A DNA stretch of 64,000 nucleotides from the human T2T-CHM13v2.0 reference genome, Homo sapiens, in assembly GCF_009914755.1 (NCBI RefSeq), contig NC_060934.1; one strand, given 5' to 3'. The notes under the pieces are model-generated. The model did not search any database. It was not told the origin of the DNA and saw only the letters and a list, made by a program, of their open reading frames with translations. The stretch's first letter is position 1, and the number at the start of each line of letters is the position of its first letter. Both the position numbers and the translations under genes were made by a program. Of this stretch, positions 37,498 to 52,279 are shown one piece after another.

Positions 37498-39621
37498 GAT
37501 TAAAGCACTGGATTTGTGAAGGAGACTAGTAAAAGATTATAAACATAGGGTTGAGTACGAACACAGAGGCTCTTGAATGCTAAGAAGCTGAAACTTTAGT
37601 TGGCAAGCATTAGCAAGAGAGTCATTGAAGGCACTGAGCAGAGAAATAACCTAACAGGACGTGTAAAATAAAATCATTAACTTGTCAGTTTGCAGAATAT
37701 ACTGGAGTGGAATGACAGACAGAAAGCTATAGCATGATAGTCTAGACAGGTGAGAGTAATGAGACCACAACAGACTTGGCAAAGGAAGAAAAAAGGGAGC
37801 AGCTAGCATTTCTGTGCTTGCGCTAGGCAGCATATATGAATATGTGTATTTTTAACCTCAATGCACAGGTAAGAAAACCGAGGCTCAGATAATTTAGCAG
37901 TTTGCCCACCGTCAAACAGCAGAGGCATAAACTAACTGGTGCCATCGCCACACCCGAGGCCTCTGCTTGTTCCACCATGGCACAGTGTCCTGCGGTACCA
38001 CTTGGCCTCTGTGAGACAAATTTCGAGAATGGAGAATCTCGAAGACTCAGCAACTCATTAGATACATGACAGTAAGGTACAAATAACTAGCAGGTTTTCA
38101 AATAAAGCTTGTTGAATAAAGTAACATCAGAAAACATTATGGCAAGCTGCATAACCAATGTCTGCCCTCAAGTGTTTCAATTTTCTATAAAGGGCAGTTA
38201 CAACTACTGATGATTTTAAATTTCTCCCAGTTAATTGTGATGTGCAGACAAGTTTGAGAACCAGTTGTTGATAAGAGTGCTCATTATGCAGCAGTGGCAA
38301 ACATGTATTGAACAGTGCTCAAGGACTTGATGAATATCTCTTTTTTGCCATTTTCTCACCTCATTCTAACTATCCTGTGATAATCATTCCCGTTGGAGGA
38401 TGAGAAAGAGGCACTGAGTGAAGCATCTTGTTTAATTCCACACAGTTTAATAAATGGCGCAACTGAGATTCCAACCACAGTAGTCTAATTCCACACAGCT
38501 AACATACTTAATGATACACTGCCTCTTACACTACATGTTAGTCTTGAGTGCTGTAATACATATGTGAGATGGCATGGGAGTTCATCTTCTTTAAATTCCA
38601 CAGTACACCTGAGAGGCAGATATCTGCCCCATTCATAGAGAAGAAGCTGAGATTGAGATTTTAATCCAAAGATTTCTGTCCGTGGTACAGAGTTAGTAAA
38701 TGAGCCATGCAGTGTGCCACCTTCAGGGAGAATGAGGGGTAGGAAAAAGGCTACGATTTTCGCAGGTAGTGAGGTCTTTGCTTTAGAAGAACAAATGACA
38801 CAGATTTCAGATCATAGAGAGTAAATATTTTAGCGATGCGGGCAAGGAAATTCTGCTGGTGAAAGGATGGAGAGAAAGAGGTTTGTGGCCTGGTCGTTAC
38901 ACATCACGATTTTTGTTTTAGGCAGTAGAAGCCACCTAAATTTTGTGTAGACCAGGGAAGAGAATCACATTTAATAGCAGAGACCGTAAATGGAATCAAC
39001 AGTAACTCTGGAAAGATATATAGTTCTTCTAAAACAGGAAAAAAGAATATGCTGAAAAAAGACAACTTGAGATTCTAAAGTCAGCTGAGAGTGAGTGGGC
39101 AGAGGTAAAGTTAGAGACAGATAAAGAGGAGAAGGGATTTGAATTCACTGCCTCAAGCAGTGGTAGATAAAGGAGTTATGAGGAGTAGAAAAAAGGGTTA
39201 CAATGTGCAGTCAGCAGTAAGAGTTTAAATGAGTTTAAGTAGGATTAATTTAGAGTACGCCCAACCAATGAAACTTGTAATGAGGTTTCTTTTCTAGCAA
39301 TAATCAGCCTGGCAGTGGGAGGGAAAATGTGTACTATGTGTTATCCAGGAAAAACCAAGAAGGTTCAGTGAAATATAAATGGGGTATTTTTCTCATTTTT
39401 AAGTTTGATGACTGAACATTCGCTTCAAACAAACATTCCAAAATGCAAGAAATATACCCAATTTTCTTTTCCAAGTTAGCTATTTCAAAGTTATTGCTTA
39501 GTTTTGGCTTTTAAACTATACAGAAAAAAGGTCCACAGCAAGATGACAGCCTTGAAAAGCACTATTTCAAGGAACAAAAACGACATATGTGTACATCTCA
39601 AGAACCGAAACTGATAATTGA

Positions 39622-39987
<366 letters not shown>

Positions 39988-41641
39988 ATGGAGCCTCCTA
40001 TTCTTGAAACCTCATTCTGACTGTTAGTCCTGCCAATGAAAGTTATCTCATCTCAGTCTACGAGAGGTTGGGTGAGGAAGAGCCTAGGGAGGCAGAAGAG
40101 TATTCTGGTTTGGGGACTAGGGTAAGCTATCGAGAATCCGGAGAACGCGTAGAAAGATGAACCACACTGATGAGTACCAAGTGTGAGAGAGAGTGATGCG
40201 CTAAAGACAGTGTGGGAAGGGTCAGGCCAGAGCACACAGTAAGAAGTATCAAGGACAGAGGGCCAAGTGGGATGAGGCACCTCAACCCAAGTTCAGCAAG
40301 AACCTATTGCTTCCCTAATCATATGAGATAAGATACCTGGGGGTCCAGAAACAACTGGAAGAAGAAGAAAGACGGGAGTGTACAGAAGCCATCACAGGTG
40401 ACAGAGAAACAGAGAGACCAAAAAACCCTGTATATTACCCAAGAGACACTGAAATGAGATTTTTTTTTTCATTGACAGGATTAAATGCTTTCAGCTATGA
40501 ATCAGATTAAGGGTTGAAGAATAGGATGATCTCAATTAAAGAGAGCTGAGCAAGATAATTTGTAGTTTTTTGTTCACGAATTTCACTGTTTAAACTCTGA
40601 CCTTTACTAGAAATCACCAAAACTTGGCTCTCATTCTAACCTCACCACTAAGTAAATAATTTTGCATATGAATTAAATAAGAAGTGAACTTAGTTCTTAA
40701 ATTTTTTAAACAGTAAAACGGGTTGTACTGTGGTGCTTTTTAATTCTGAAGTTTTAATTTTACTGATTTTTTCCTTAATATTATGCCCTTTCATGTTTCT
40801 GTTAATTAACTACACATTTCTGAATTTGAGAAAAATTCAAATGGAAGATCATGAATCACTTCAATGGGAGCAAAAAGTGGTAACTATTATTTTCTCAATT
40901 ATATTTGCTCTGTTTGACTGTGAGCTCTGGGAACCCTGGAGCTTCGTGTCCTATGCTACGTACTTCAGAGAGGCACACTGTGGTTACTTAATGTAAGTTA
41001 AATGAATAAATAAATGAATTCAGACTGACCCAGTAATAAAGTGAAGGGAATTTTATTCAGTTATGTATCAGCTCTCCTTAACGGAATGGATTGGCCAAAA
41101 TGGGATCCATTTCAATGTGCCTGACAACATACGAAGCCACAGGAAAGAAATAATTGAGACCAGAAATGGAAGTGGTAGTGGAAGAGTTGGTAATTTAAAA
41201 GTCTCAGTATTAAATTTGCTCGGTGTTTTAAAGTACGCACATTAAAAGTAATATAGGCAAAAACCCAAAGTAAGTATTTCACACCACCAGGCTTTGTAAT
41301 GCTCCATTTTAAGCAAAGAGTGCAGTAATATCTCTGAATAAATATGCACTGTGTTTATACATATTAAGAGTCATAAATCCCAGTTTTATACCACAGAAAA
41401 TGAAAGGCCTGAGAAGTAACTTCACTAAAGTCATACATTTGGGATTTGAACCCAAGATTGCCTGGCTCCAAGATTAATGGTCTTAACATTATGGTGCCTT
41501 GAAAACTGTAAAGGATTCTTCTATTAGAAAACACTTAACCTCTAGGTAATGTAGAGCCATTAAATAGACGAATAATAATCAGCTGTATTCCAATGAAATA
41601 TTATTCATCAAAGAGAGCAACATAACAAGGAATATACTTAC

Positions 41642-41721
41642 TCATTCCTGAGCACTCTCTATCACCATCCCATACATTAGAAACAGCATGTCCCGTCAGC
41701 AGGAGATTAATTAAACTTTGG
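41642..41721 (-). CDS. MINDY3: MINDY3 coding exon 8 (80 nt): SQSLINLLLTGHAVSNVWDGDRECSGM(K)
   Basis: ttaatag|CCAAAGT...GGAATGA|gtaagt; conserved MINDY3/4 NLLLTG.A..N..D motif. Confidence 0.96.
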
Positions 41722-42554
41722 CTATTAATAAATATTAAAAAGCAATTAAATATGAATATAGTTGCCAAATCAAATAATTCCTACAGCAAAGTATAAAGTA
41801 ATGACTTTTCACATTAAATTATGTAAGAATTTACAAAGTTAGGGAAAACCTTACATTTTCAATTTTATATATTCGGCCTTGCTAAATGTATCACCAAATA
41901 TATCAGCACAGTGGTATTTATTGTTCTACATATTCACATACATTTAACAACTTTATCTAAGATATATTTAAATGGATAAAAAATGACAGACTAATAAGTT
42001 ACTTAATATTTACAATCTTTAAAAATGAATATATAATTATTAATATTTTGTCTTTGATGAAAGATACATGAACTTTCATCTTTCAGGCAGAAAGGTCTAA
42101 AAAGAAGGACTCACGTATTAGAGTAGGTTAACTATCACTGTTTCATTGAGTTTTGGTAAAAATAGCCATAAAAAGCTTGAGGAGGGTGGTCCGAGAGGAA
42201 AATGGGGAATGTTTTTCTCCCAAGCAGAGAAGCACTTACAAAGATATACTTATTTCTAAGTCAAAATGAATAAATTTTCTCATTTAAAAAAATTACAAAT
42301 GGATTTGTTAAAATACCTCCCCACTGTTATCTTAAAACAAAATATTTGCCCCAATAAATGCATACATAAAATGAAATTAACATTTCATACATCAAGCAAA
42401 CAATGCATAATACAAAGAAGTGCTCAAATCCATACATGTTGTACTGTCAACACTACTGACAAACAAAATTACTTGACTCAGTCATGTTTTATCTGAAGTC
42501 AAGTTTCTAAAAACTGGAGTTCACATGAGGAGACAAGAGATTTTAGTTAATTAC

Positions 42555-42628
42555 CTGCCATGTCCATATACAGGATCTATCAAGGGTTCACTTGCATCTT
42601 CAATTTCGTTTTTTATGTTTTCAATGCC
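42555..42628 (-). CDS. MINDY3: MINDY3 coding exon 7 (74 nt): GIENIKNEIEDASEPLIDPVYGHG(S)
   Basis: tctttag|GGCATT...GGCAG|gtaatt. Confidence 0.96.
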
Positions 42629-45215
42629 CTAAAGAAACAGAATTCATTGACTTATTTTAAAAAACTAAAATGAAAATTATGACTGTTTAAAAACTGACTA
42701 GTTTACACTATAAACTAATACAATTATTTAAGTAACTTTTCTACCACAAGTAACTCAGATTTGAAATGGGGGTGCATTTGAGATAACTTTAAAAAATAGT
42801 TCCTCAAATATCTTTTATTTTCTTTCATGGGCTCTATATAAACAACACTCATGGGTGAAATATGTACCGTTGGTTAAAAGGGCAAGGAGAGAGAATTAAC
42901 TTTTAATAGGAGAAAGGAGAAATTATTTAATAGTTAAATGAATTATTTAAAAGTTAAATGAATATGAGCCTGTTAAGGCAACTGATTTTTTTAGATCATG
43001 TAAAAACTTATTGCAGTAAATACATACACACATGAATATCGATAGAGATATAACATTAAATAATTTGCGTTTTAATTATTTAACTGGTACATAAAATGGA
43101 AGGTTTACTTCTGATTGTACTTTCTCACAAATGTTGGTCATTCAAATGTATACTGACAAAATGCAAATTAGGAGGGCAGGAAGTGCCTTCTTTTCTTAAA
43201 AACCAATTTCCTGATACTTTTTAAACCTTCAGAAGGGCACTCAACTCCCAAAAGTTCTACATACTGGATAAGTACAAGAAGACCTACTTATTGTAACCTC
43301 ATCAATTCCAGAAGGACAAAGATAAACTGCTATTCATTGTTCTATTCACTTAACTTTAGCCATTGTTTCTATCATATTAGAGGTCATTTCTAAGAATTAA
43401 ATAGATGATTAATTAACAACCAAGATTTTTAAAGAATGACTAAATCCCGCAGGGGGAAACAAAGAAGCATGAGCTCTTGCATATGCCATCCTCCTAAACA
43501 ATACAAATCAGGCTATGATAATGTCAAGATGAATACTATCAACAAGTGACACAATCACTACTGAGGAAGGGGATACCATTTTAAAGACCAGGTCAAGGAA
43601 GGACAACTTGCATGATAATTTATTGGCTGTAAAGAAGAAGAAACAGAGGAGGTATCAAACGTTTTGAGCATAAGAAAGTTGGAGAATACTGAACAGTCAA
43701 GAAGAGCTTATAAGAAACCAGTCATCTTAGATACCACCATCACAGCTACTCCGAACATCTACACAACTAAGCACTTTGGGTTCTCTTATTTATTTACATT
43801 TAATATTCCAAATAGGTATTTATTTACATTTCTAAATATACTCCTTTTGTTTTCCATTCCATGACCTGTCCTAGTTTAGGCTGCTCTTATTTCAATACCC
43901 AATTTTCTAGTTTTCCTGACTCTAGTCTTATATTACAAACACCAACTCCATCCATCACAACTCCTATCCCAATTTAAGATATCTTTTATCAACAAAAAGA
44001 TCTTGTCACTCCCTTGTTCAAACTTTTTACTGTGTTCCAATTCTGAGCAGATGAAACCTACTCTTTGTACAGTGTACATAGAAAGGTCTTCATATTCTAA
44101 GTCTTTTCTTACATATGTGCCCAGTCTCATCTTCCACAGTTGCCTCTCTGGTGTCTTATGCTACAGTAAGGCTCAACTACTTAGAGCTCCCCAAACCTGC
44201 ATTATACCCTCAATCCCTTACACTTTTATACTTGCAGTGCCCACTGCTGGAAAAAATGTCCTCCAGCTTTCCCATATAGAAAACTTGCCCTCATGCATCA
44301 AGGTCCTATCTCTGTCAGATGGTCCCTACTAGAAACAGTATGCCCTTGATTCCATCTAATAGGTTCAGACAGAAGACCAAACGCCAAAACACACTGCCAT
44401 AATGGAATTATTAATGTGCCATTTTTTTACAATGCTAAATAGATACCATTAAAAATGCATCCCATATTATTAATACAGACATAGTCCCTAGCATAGAGTC
44501 AATCAACGCTCAAAAAACATTTGTCAAATAAAAGAAGTTTGATTTCAGACATGATAGATCTAATAGCATAGTCAACTGAGACTAACACGTTACTAGAGCT
44601 ATGAGACTGGTATTTGGGGAAAAAGAGTAGGACTAGAAGGGGACATATTGGAACTATTAAATAGCTATATAAAGGTAACCTGAGCAAATGAAATATCCAT
44701 AAAAGGCATACTGGATCCAGGGAAGAAAATTTCTGGACTATAAAAATTTAGAGGAGGAGAGAAAAGAGCAGGAGGTAACAGATAAAGAAGGAAACAAAGC
44801 TATCAAAGAAAACAAAACAAAATAAGAATCGTGAGACATTATAGAAAGAAAACTCACACAGTGATTTTTCAAAAAAAAAATCAAGAAATGGAATCAAGGT
44901 CAAAAACAGCTTCCAGAAGGGGTTAAGGGGTCAAGTGCTACACGGAAGGATCAAAGGAAACACAATTTGGAAGAAAGGACAGCATTTCACAACCAGAACA
45001 TTATTGATAATCTCTGTAGTCCAAAAGAGCAGAGGTGAAACTGCTTAAGCAACGAGTGAGTGCTGAGGAAACAGAAATTAACTCATTTTCAACGTAAAAG
45101 ATTTTTATTCTAAGAATTTAAAAACACCATCAGGAATAAAATTACTCATCACTGCAGGAAAAACAGCACTGAACAACATTAATCAAAGGCAGAAAAATCA
45201 TCTTCTTGAACACAC

Positions 45216-45330
45216 CTTTGTCAGTAATACAGAATACAGAAAAAGCAATACTCCAAATTTATTTCCCCACATTGAATACTGGTCCAAGACAGCATCTTTT
45301 AATTCTGGTAAACTTCTGAACGATCTTTTT
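45216..45330 (-). CDS. MINDY3: MINDY3 coding exon 6 (115 nt): QKRSFRSLPELKDAVLDQYSMWGNKFGVLLFLYSVLLTK
   Basis: ttcccccag|AAAAAGATCG...ACAAAG|gtgtgt. Confidence 0.96.
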
Positions 45331-46239
45331 CTGGGGGAAAAAAAGAATTAAGTATTGGTATCATGATGAGATTAACTACATTCATAAAAGGGAAAATTTT
45401 TAAATTTTCTTATACATTAAAACATATACATACAAACAGGAAAGTTTTGGGACGTTTCTAAATTTTTCATTACAAATTTAGCCACTAAAACCAAAAGCTA
45501 TTTCTGACAACTATCACTATATATGATATTTATCATTAAGAAAGAACACCTACTTGGCAGGGAACCTCTTCATCTCTTAGGTGAACTGTCTGGCATCAGT
45601 AAATTCTTCAATAATATACAGTTATTTAAAGAATAGAGTGGCCTTCTTGTAAGAGGGGGTAAACACAAAGAAAACTTCACTTTTTAAATCCTAGAAATTA
45701 CTTAACAAATATCTTAATGCCAAAGATAACTTACACATTTGCGGCTTCTTTTAAAAGAAATTAATGTTACATTTTAAACCAAATGCCACCCATAATTCTA
45801 TCAACAGCCATCTTTACCTTTTACTTTGTAATAAAAAGTTTAAATGCTCTAACAAAAATATCGGTATTCTTAATAAAAGGTATAGAAAACAGATACTGGC
45901 AAATAAATAATTCTAATATTTATCCTACTAGAAATCTTCATATTTGTTTAGGTCACAGAAACATTAAGCTAAAATGATTTTTTTTCATTGTAATGATGAA
46001 AAAGCTTTTTAATGTTTTTGAAAAGCGTATCTGGGTAGTTAATTAAGGACTCAGCATAGTTTATACATTTACAAACTATTTTAATTTAAAGGCAAATTAA
46101 TCCTGAAGCAATGGATTTAAAATTTATGTTTAAGTAGCGCATTTCTATGTAAAACTAAGAACCTTTCCACAGTATGAACAGACTTAAAGTGGCAATGTGT
46201 CCACAGAGTAAGTATTTTAAATGTTCCAATGTTACTTAC

Positions 46240-46291
46240 TGAATTAATGCATGAAATCGCTCAAAGCCAAGCTCTTCGACAGCCAAGGCAG
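46240..46291 (-). CDS. MINDY3: MINDY3 coding exon 5 (52 nt): SALAVEELGFERFHALI(Q)
   Basis: tgtatag|CTGCCTTG...TTAATTCA|gtaagt; phases 1/2 fit the neighbouring exons. Confidence 0.95.
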
Positions 46292-46874
46292 CTATACATA
46301 AAAGACACTTTTCAGCACTACACATGGCAAATAAATGACACAAGATACACACAGCAGGCTGTAAATACTTTCAAGCAATCAAAACTTTCCCTATTTCCTT
46401 ACTCCCTTAAAATTCTCAGTTTATTTTCAACTTCATTATAACATGAATTTATATTTCAACATCTTTATTATGAATATAACTAAAATCGATATAATACTGA
46501 GAATATAGAAGGGTGATTAAATAACATTTCAGTTCAGCTATGCTACGGCAGTTATAAAGTATGAAAAATTACTGATAATCAGTGCCTCACATATCATAAT
46601 GTGTCCTGCACTTTTAAATAATCTTTCAGATTATATAAATCCAAGTAATATCATCAGAGCTAACCTTCCTTTTTATAATATAAAATCTTTAGGTTTAAGG
46701 CTTAATTATTAAACAAACATGTATAAAAAGGCATAACACTTTCAAACTACACAGGTTCAATGACAGCTTTAAGTTTGTTTCCTCATTTATTTGTATAACT
46801 GTTAAAAAGTTTTCAGTAACTTATTTAGATTATGTTTATTAATCAAAGGAAATAGAAGAAAGCATTTTAATCAG

Positions 46875-47080
46875 AGGTAATGTTTATTGAGCACTTTACT
46901 AAGTGCCAGGCCCTTTTCTAAATGCCCTACATGTCTTACCTCATTTAATCCTCATATAAACCCTCTTAGCTCCATTTTACAGAAGAGGAACCTGAGGCAC
47001 ACAGAAAAATCCTCTCAAGAGTACATAGGATTAAACAGCAGAGATGAGACTTGAGCACAGATAGTCTTGGCTCCAGGGAG
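46875..47080 (-). mobile_element. MIR
   Basis: tttattgagcactt..gtgccagg...catttaatcctca...cattttacagaagaggaacctgaggcac. Confidence 0.75.
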
Positions 47081-49437
47081 TTATTTATCACAATGAATAA
47101 CTTCACATATATTTCATAAAGCAAATCTTACTACTATCAAATATAAATTCTCACTGGTGAGTTAAGAAAATTGATTCATTATGAAGTCAAAATTTTAGAT
47201 TTTTATTTACAATTTAAAATGTCACATTATGCTAGCTTTCCAAAGCCTAGTTGTGAGTGTTTCATATTTCGTTTTAAAATCTTTAGCAGTCCAAATGTAT
47301 TAAGTTATTTCTTGGTTTATGTGGGAAACAAACTGAAATTGAACCTGAGTATTCACTACTGCGAACAACTGTGCATTACCAACAAGCCAAAACTATACAC
47401 ACCACATAAGCCAATGAAATTAATGTTTGTAGAGAAAGTAATATTAACAAGAGGGGAAAACACTTTACATTAAAACTTTCAGAAAATGAAAATTCTACCT
47501 AATCTTTTCCAAATTATACTGCTTGTTCTGCAACATTAGATTATCTAAATAGTTTTACTGGGTATACTACAAGAGTAGACATAAAGATAATAATTTAGAG
47601 AAAAGAGGCAAGCAAAATAAAAAGCTTAGCAGGCAGGGATGGTGAAAAAATATAAAACACAAGAAAAAGAACAAAGCTGGGAATAAAGGAAAGAACAGGT
47701 AAAATAGATTGTTACACGGAATAAAAATTGTAATATAAATACAGTTCATTTGTCACTAAGGTAAATTCTCAAATTTTCAGTTAACAAAGTATTTCAAATG
47801 TATACATTATTTAAAAAATTTAAAATATGGTTTACTTCATGGCAACTTTTAAAATGAGATACAAAGTAAACTGGAAAAATTACTAAAATGTTTTCTGGAG
47901 GGTAATTCAATATAATATGCCCATCTAAATTAGTTACTGAAGTACCAAAGGGAATGCATTATAAGGCCCTTTAACCTATAGCAACGTGACGTATCACCAC
48001 AGAACTGCATAGCATATTTCATAGTATGCACTCAGTATACTGTTAAGATACTAATGGAAAATGTTATATAAAAAGATCTTACTATTTTCTCACATCAATA
48101 TACAGACTGGCTTTAAGCACAAAATCTTTAAAATACCTTTTCAAAAGATCAACAATTCCTCTTTCAAAATTTTAATATCCTAAATGAACCTATTAAGTGT
48201 GCTAACACCCACACAGTAAAACCTGGAGAATATGTTAAAACCAATCTTAGTGACACTTTGGACTAGCATCCTTGTGACTGTTTTCCACTTGTTGTCTTCA
48301 AATGTCATTATAAACTCTAAAATATGTTAAGTTCTTTTTGAAAGGCCATATTTCAAAGGCTTCAAAAGGAAGCATCATATAGCTGTTTAAATGTTCAAAA
48401 TTATTCCTTGCAAATGTTACTACTATTAGAATTTGCCAGGCTTAAGGCATTTTAACTGCAGAGGTAGGAGAAAAAAGACACTGACAACACAGAGGCATTT
48501 TAGTCCAGGGAGGCAACAGCACCTTATAGATAATACTATATGGAAAGCAAAATGTGTATCCCATACAATTGAAGTGTACTTTCAGGTACGTAATCTCTTT
48601 ACGAAAACTTTCCACAAAGATGATAGTTAATGTGATGCTCTGTGGGTAGAATAAGTCACTTATTTAACATAAGCACTTGGGACTACCAATTATAAAAAAC
48701 CATCAACTAGCAAGATTATTCCTGAAAAGCAAATCAGAAAAGCAACTCTTAACTAGCTTCCGTACCACTAGCTGTCTCCATTTCACACTGGCAGCTTTCG
48801 GGTCAATTACATAACAATTTTCAAAAGTTAAAAACCACAGAATATATAATTTTTATGAATAATGAGAATAGCTATTATTTAACGTAAACAGCTATTATTT
48901 AACTTATCTTCAAGGTATGAAAAACTTAAGGCATAATTAAAATTGCCTTAAAATAATCTATATGTATAAAAATATCCAAATAATTCGGAAAGAAAAGAAA
49001 CAGCTTGCAATGAGGAGAAATGTCCCCATCTTTGCTCTGGGAAGCAAGTAAAGATAACTTTATGAAATCTTCTGATGTCCAAAAAAATCCGTTTTTGCAA
49101 TACCAAAGCAAAACATTAAGGCATCTGAAACTGAAGCATATCATTATTTCTAAATAAGAGTTCTAAAGCTCAAAAGAGATTATTATCAAGCAGAAGTTAA
49201 CCAGAACATTTTTAAAAGTTTAAGAGATGCATTTTTTTTTGCAAAAATGTAGTATCTTCTAAGTAGTTAAAATAAATGATATGGAAATAAAAAATAGTGA
49301 GGCTCAGTAATTAAGCTTAAGCTGGAAAAGAATACATGTTATGAAAATTTTAAGTAATTTTTTCTTCAAAATATTCAATAGATTCATTAAAACAAAGGAA
49401 CAAGAAAAAAACTTCAGGAAATAAAAATATATCTTAC

Positions 49438-49611
49438 AAGAATGTTCCACTTGGCAACTAGACTCTGCAGGACTCCCAGAAATACTAGCAGTTTCCTCAG
49501 TTGTCTTTCCTCTTAACCATGAAACCAAGCAGTATGATCCAGAGTGGTCACAACAAGCACTTTCTAAAATATCACACAAGGTATGACAAAGGAGTTCCTT
49601 CTGCTCTTCCT
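49438..49611 (-). CDS. MINDY3: MINDY3 coding exon 4 (174 nt): EEEQKELLCHTLCDILESACCDHSGSYCLVSWLRGKTTEETASISGSPAESSCQVEHS(S)
   Basis: Contained in ORF 49304..49630(-); tttttag|AGGAAG...CATTCTT|gtaaga. Confidence 0.97.
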
Positions 49612-51223
49612 CTAAAAATAACCAAAGCATAAGTTATAATGGTTTCCTCTGGAAAAAAAAAAATTCTGTCATGAATAACAATAGTAAGAATGGGTTAATG
49701 ATGAAAATCAAGCATTTTAAAAATGGGGGAAAAATCTCTAAATAGATTTTAAATTATGTCTTAGAAAAACAATGTGTTTGTGGATTAAAATATCACCACT
49801 TTAAATAAAGCCATCCAAATAACACCACCAAGTAGAAAAAGAATACTGAAAAATGCAGAACTAAACATTATGAAAGATCATAATGTGACACTGATCATCA
49901 CTTTCTTAAAACTTTAGCAACTGCAGCATTTAAGCCAAGAGGTTTCCTCTACTGAAGAACTGAGCACAATGTAAAGGCCTGTTGAAACCTCTATTTTTTT
50001 TCCCTCACATCTGAATTAATCTAACGTCTATGATCACCCCGTCCCAAAGGGATAAGAATAATGAGATGAGAGACCGTCAGCACATATGTTACCAAAGTCC
50101 ATTACATCAGCAGAAGCCAGTGGTTAGAATACAGATTTGAGCATTAGAATTTTATAGAAAATGGCGCAAATGCTCAGACCATCTCTTTATGAACCTTAGC
50201 CACACTCTTTTCAAGCAGTATTACTCTCAAGAAGTAGTATTACTTTCTGAAACTTTCAAAAATTTTATGATACAAGGAGGTTTCTGTCTCTCCTAATGGA
50301 TTAACAGTTCTTTAACTGCAGGAACTATGCTGTTCACTTTCTAATCACCACAGTATTTATGACACTTATGACAATGCTTTACAAATGTTTTATCAAAGTG
50401 AATATAGTGAATATAGTATAAGAAATAGTATAAATTTTATTAAAAGTTCATTTCAAAAATAGTATCTCAAATAGTTTCTTCTCTACTAAAATTTGTTTTG
50501 TATTTCACCTGTTAATTTAAAACTTATGGAAGTGATCCCTTAACTCTTAAATTCAAAATCATTAGTAGATTCTATAGTCATGGTTTGGAATGTAAGCTGT
50601 TACATCCTTAGATACAAAACTGGGATTGTAATGTGTCCTAACTTCTTCCAGAATTTACTGTGAGGTTCACAGGAAATTGTGTAAGTGAAGGAAAGATCTT
50701 TGTAAACTGTCACGTGGAATGCAAATTCTTGTTATTATAAGGTGGCACCACACATCTCTCTGGGTACAGAAGCTCATGTTACAGAAGCTATGACAGCTTC
50801 ATTTGCAATTTCATCCAAAATTATTTGCAGTATTTGCATTGTGTAAGGCATTATACTAAAACATGCAGGAATATAATGATAATTCTGAGGTCTTGCCCAC
50901 AGCTAAATAAGACTACAAAAAAAAAAAAAAAAAAAAGACTGTTCTTTATGGCATGCTGCCACCTAACAGTTCTAGGAAATGCACCGTGTTTTACCAAGAG
51001 GCCAAACGTTTTTCCCTTAGTTATACCATCATGTCTTATAACCCCTGGTTAGAAAGCCAAATTTGGAAATATGGAGTCACTGTTCATGAAACTTTCTAAA
51101 ACATTTTAAAAGGAAACCTCAGGAAAAAAAATTCCCACTGATACTTGACTTTCTCAGATAATTTTAGATCATCTCTATTAAAACAGAGGAGGAAGCAAAA
51201 GTTTTAAAAGACAGCTATCATAC

Positions 51224-51284
51224 CTGAACAATCCCGCCAAGAAGACTTCTCCGAAGAAAACAGGAGCTTCTTCAAAAGAAATGC
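51224..51284 (-). CDS. MINDY3: MINDY3 coding exon 3 (61 nt): AFLLKKLLFSSEKSSWRDCS(E)
   Basis: gtaaag|GCATTT...TGTTCAG|gtatga; in frame with exons 2 and 4. Confidence 0.95.
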
Positions 51285-52279
51285 CTTTACACAATTAAAG
51301 CAATAATTAGTGAAATGCATTATAACCATACATCATATCATTCTTCAATTTTAAAGTGGGAAAAAATAATGTGTACTCCCTTTCTAATCTTTTGACTAGT
51401 TCTGTAAAGATGTCAAATGGGTTCCCCTCACATTTGACAGGAACTGTGCAGTTATTTATTCAGAGTATACTGCTATAAACTTGATTCTAGATTCATAAAA
51501 TTCTTCTTCTTCCACAATACATATTTTCTGACAAGTAGAAGAACTAACTCACATAACAGAATAACTGAAAAGCACACAAACTTACTGCTCTATTCACAAA
51601 GTGAAAGCCCTGTAGAACACGAACAAGTCTACATTTCATTTAGATTCCTTCAGGTAAAAGAAATCTAAATATAAAAGTGGTTCTGTTCCCTTAGTCTTCA
51701 TCTGTGACACAAGATTAACACTATTAGAGTCATCACTTTATTATCAGGAGCTCAAGTTTAACTCAAAAAGGTACAAGATTCAGAAGAAAAGACAAATGGA
51801 TTTCTAAACTTCCCCTTAAGCGAGTCAACGATGTTACATTGGTTATTTGATAAAAAGCTGCACAGTGAAGTGTCTACTTCTCAAAGTGTAGTTCAACGGT
51901 AGCTATATCCCAGTCACCTGACTTGTTTAAATTGCAGTTTCTTGGGCTCCACCTATTCTCTCTGAATCTCTAGAGGGCAGGTCCAAGAAAAAACAGGTTA
52001 CAATGACGACTTTTCCTCACCTGTGTTTGAAAGTATTAGTGTACAGATTAGGAAGACTGCTTTTTATCAGGCAAACTTAGGTTTGAATCCTGGCTCCACT
52101 ATTACTAACTAAAAATAACTGTACAAACTTTAAAAGTTTGCAGCGAAGATTATATGAGAAAATCTATGTAATGCACTTAGCACAGTACCTGGCACCAATA
52201 AACAATTCAAGGTGTTACAACAAAAAACTAAGTCATATTCCATTTACATAGGCATAAAGTCTACAAATATGCTAATCAA

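Noticed and set aside
48223-48316. Possible 94-nt cryptic exon in intron 4
   Set aside because: The donor CAG|gtttta and the pyrimidine tract are weak; no other support.
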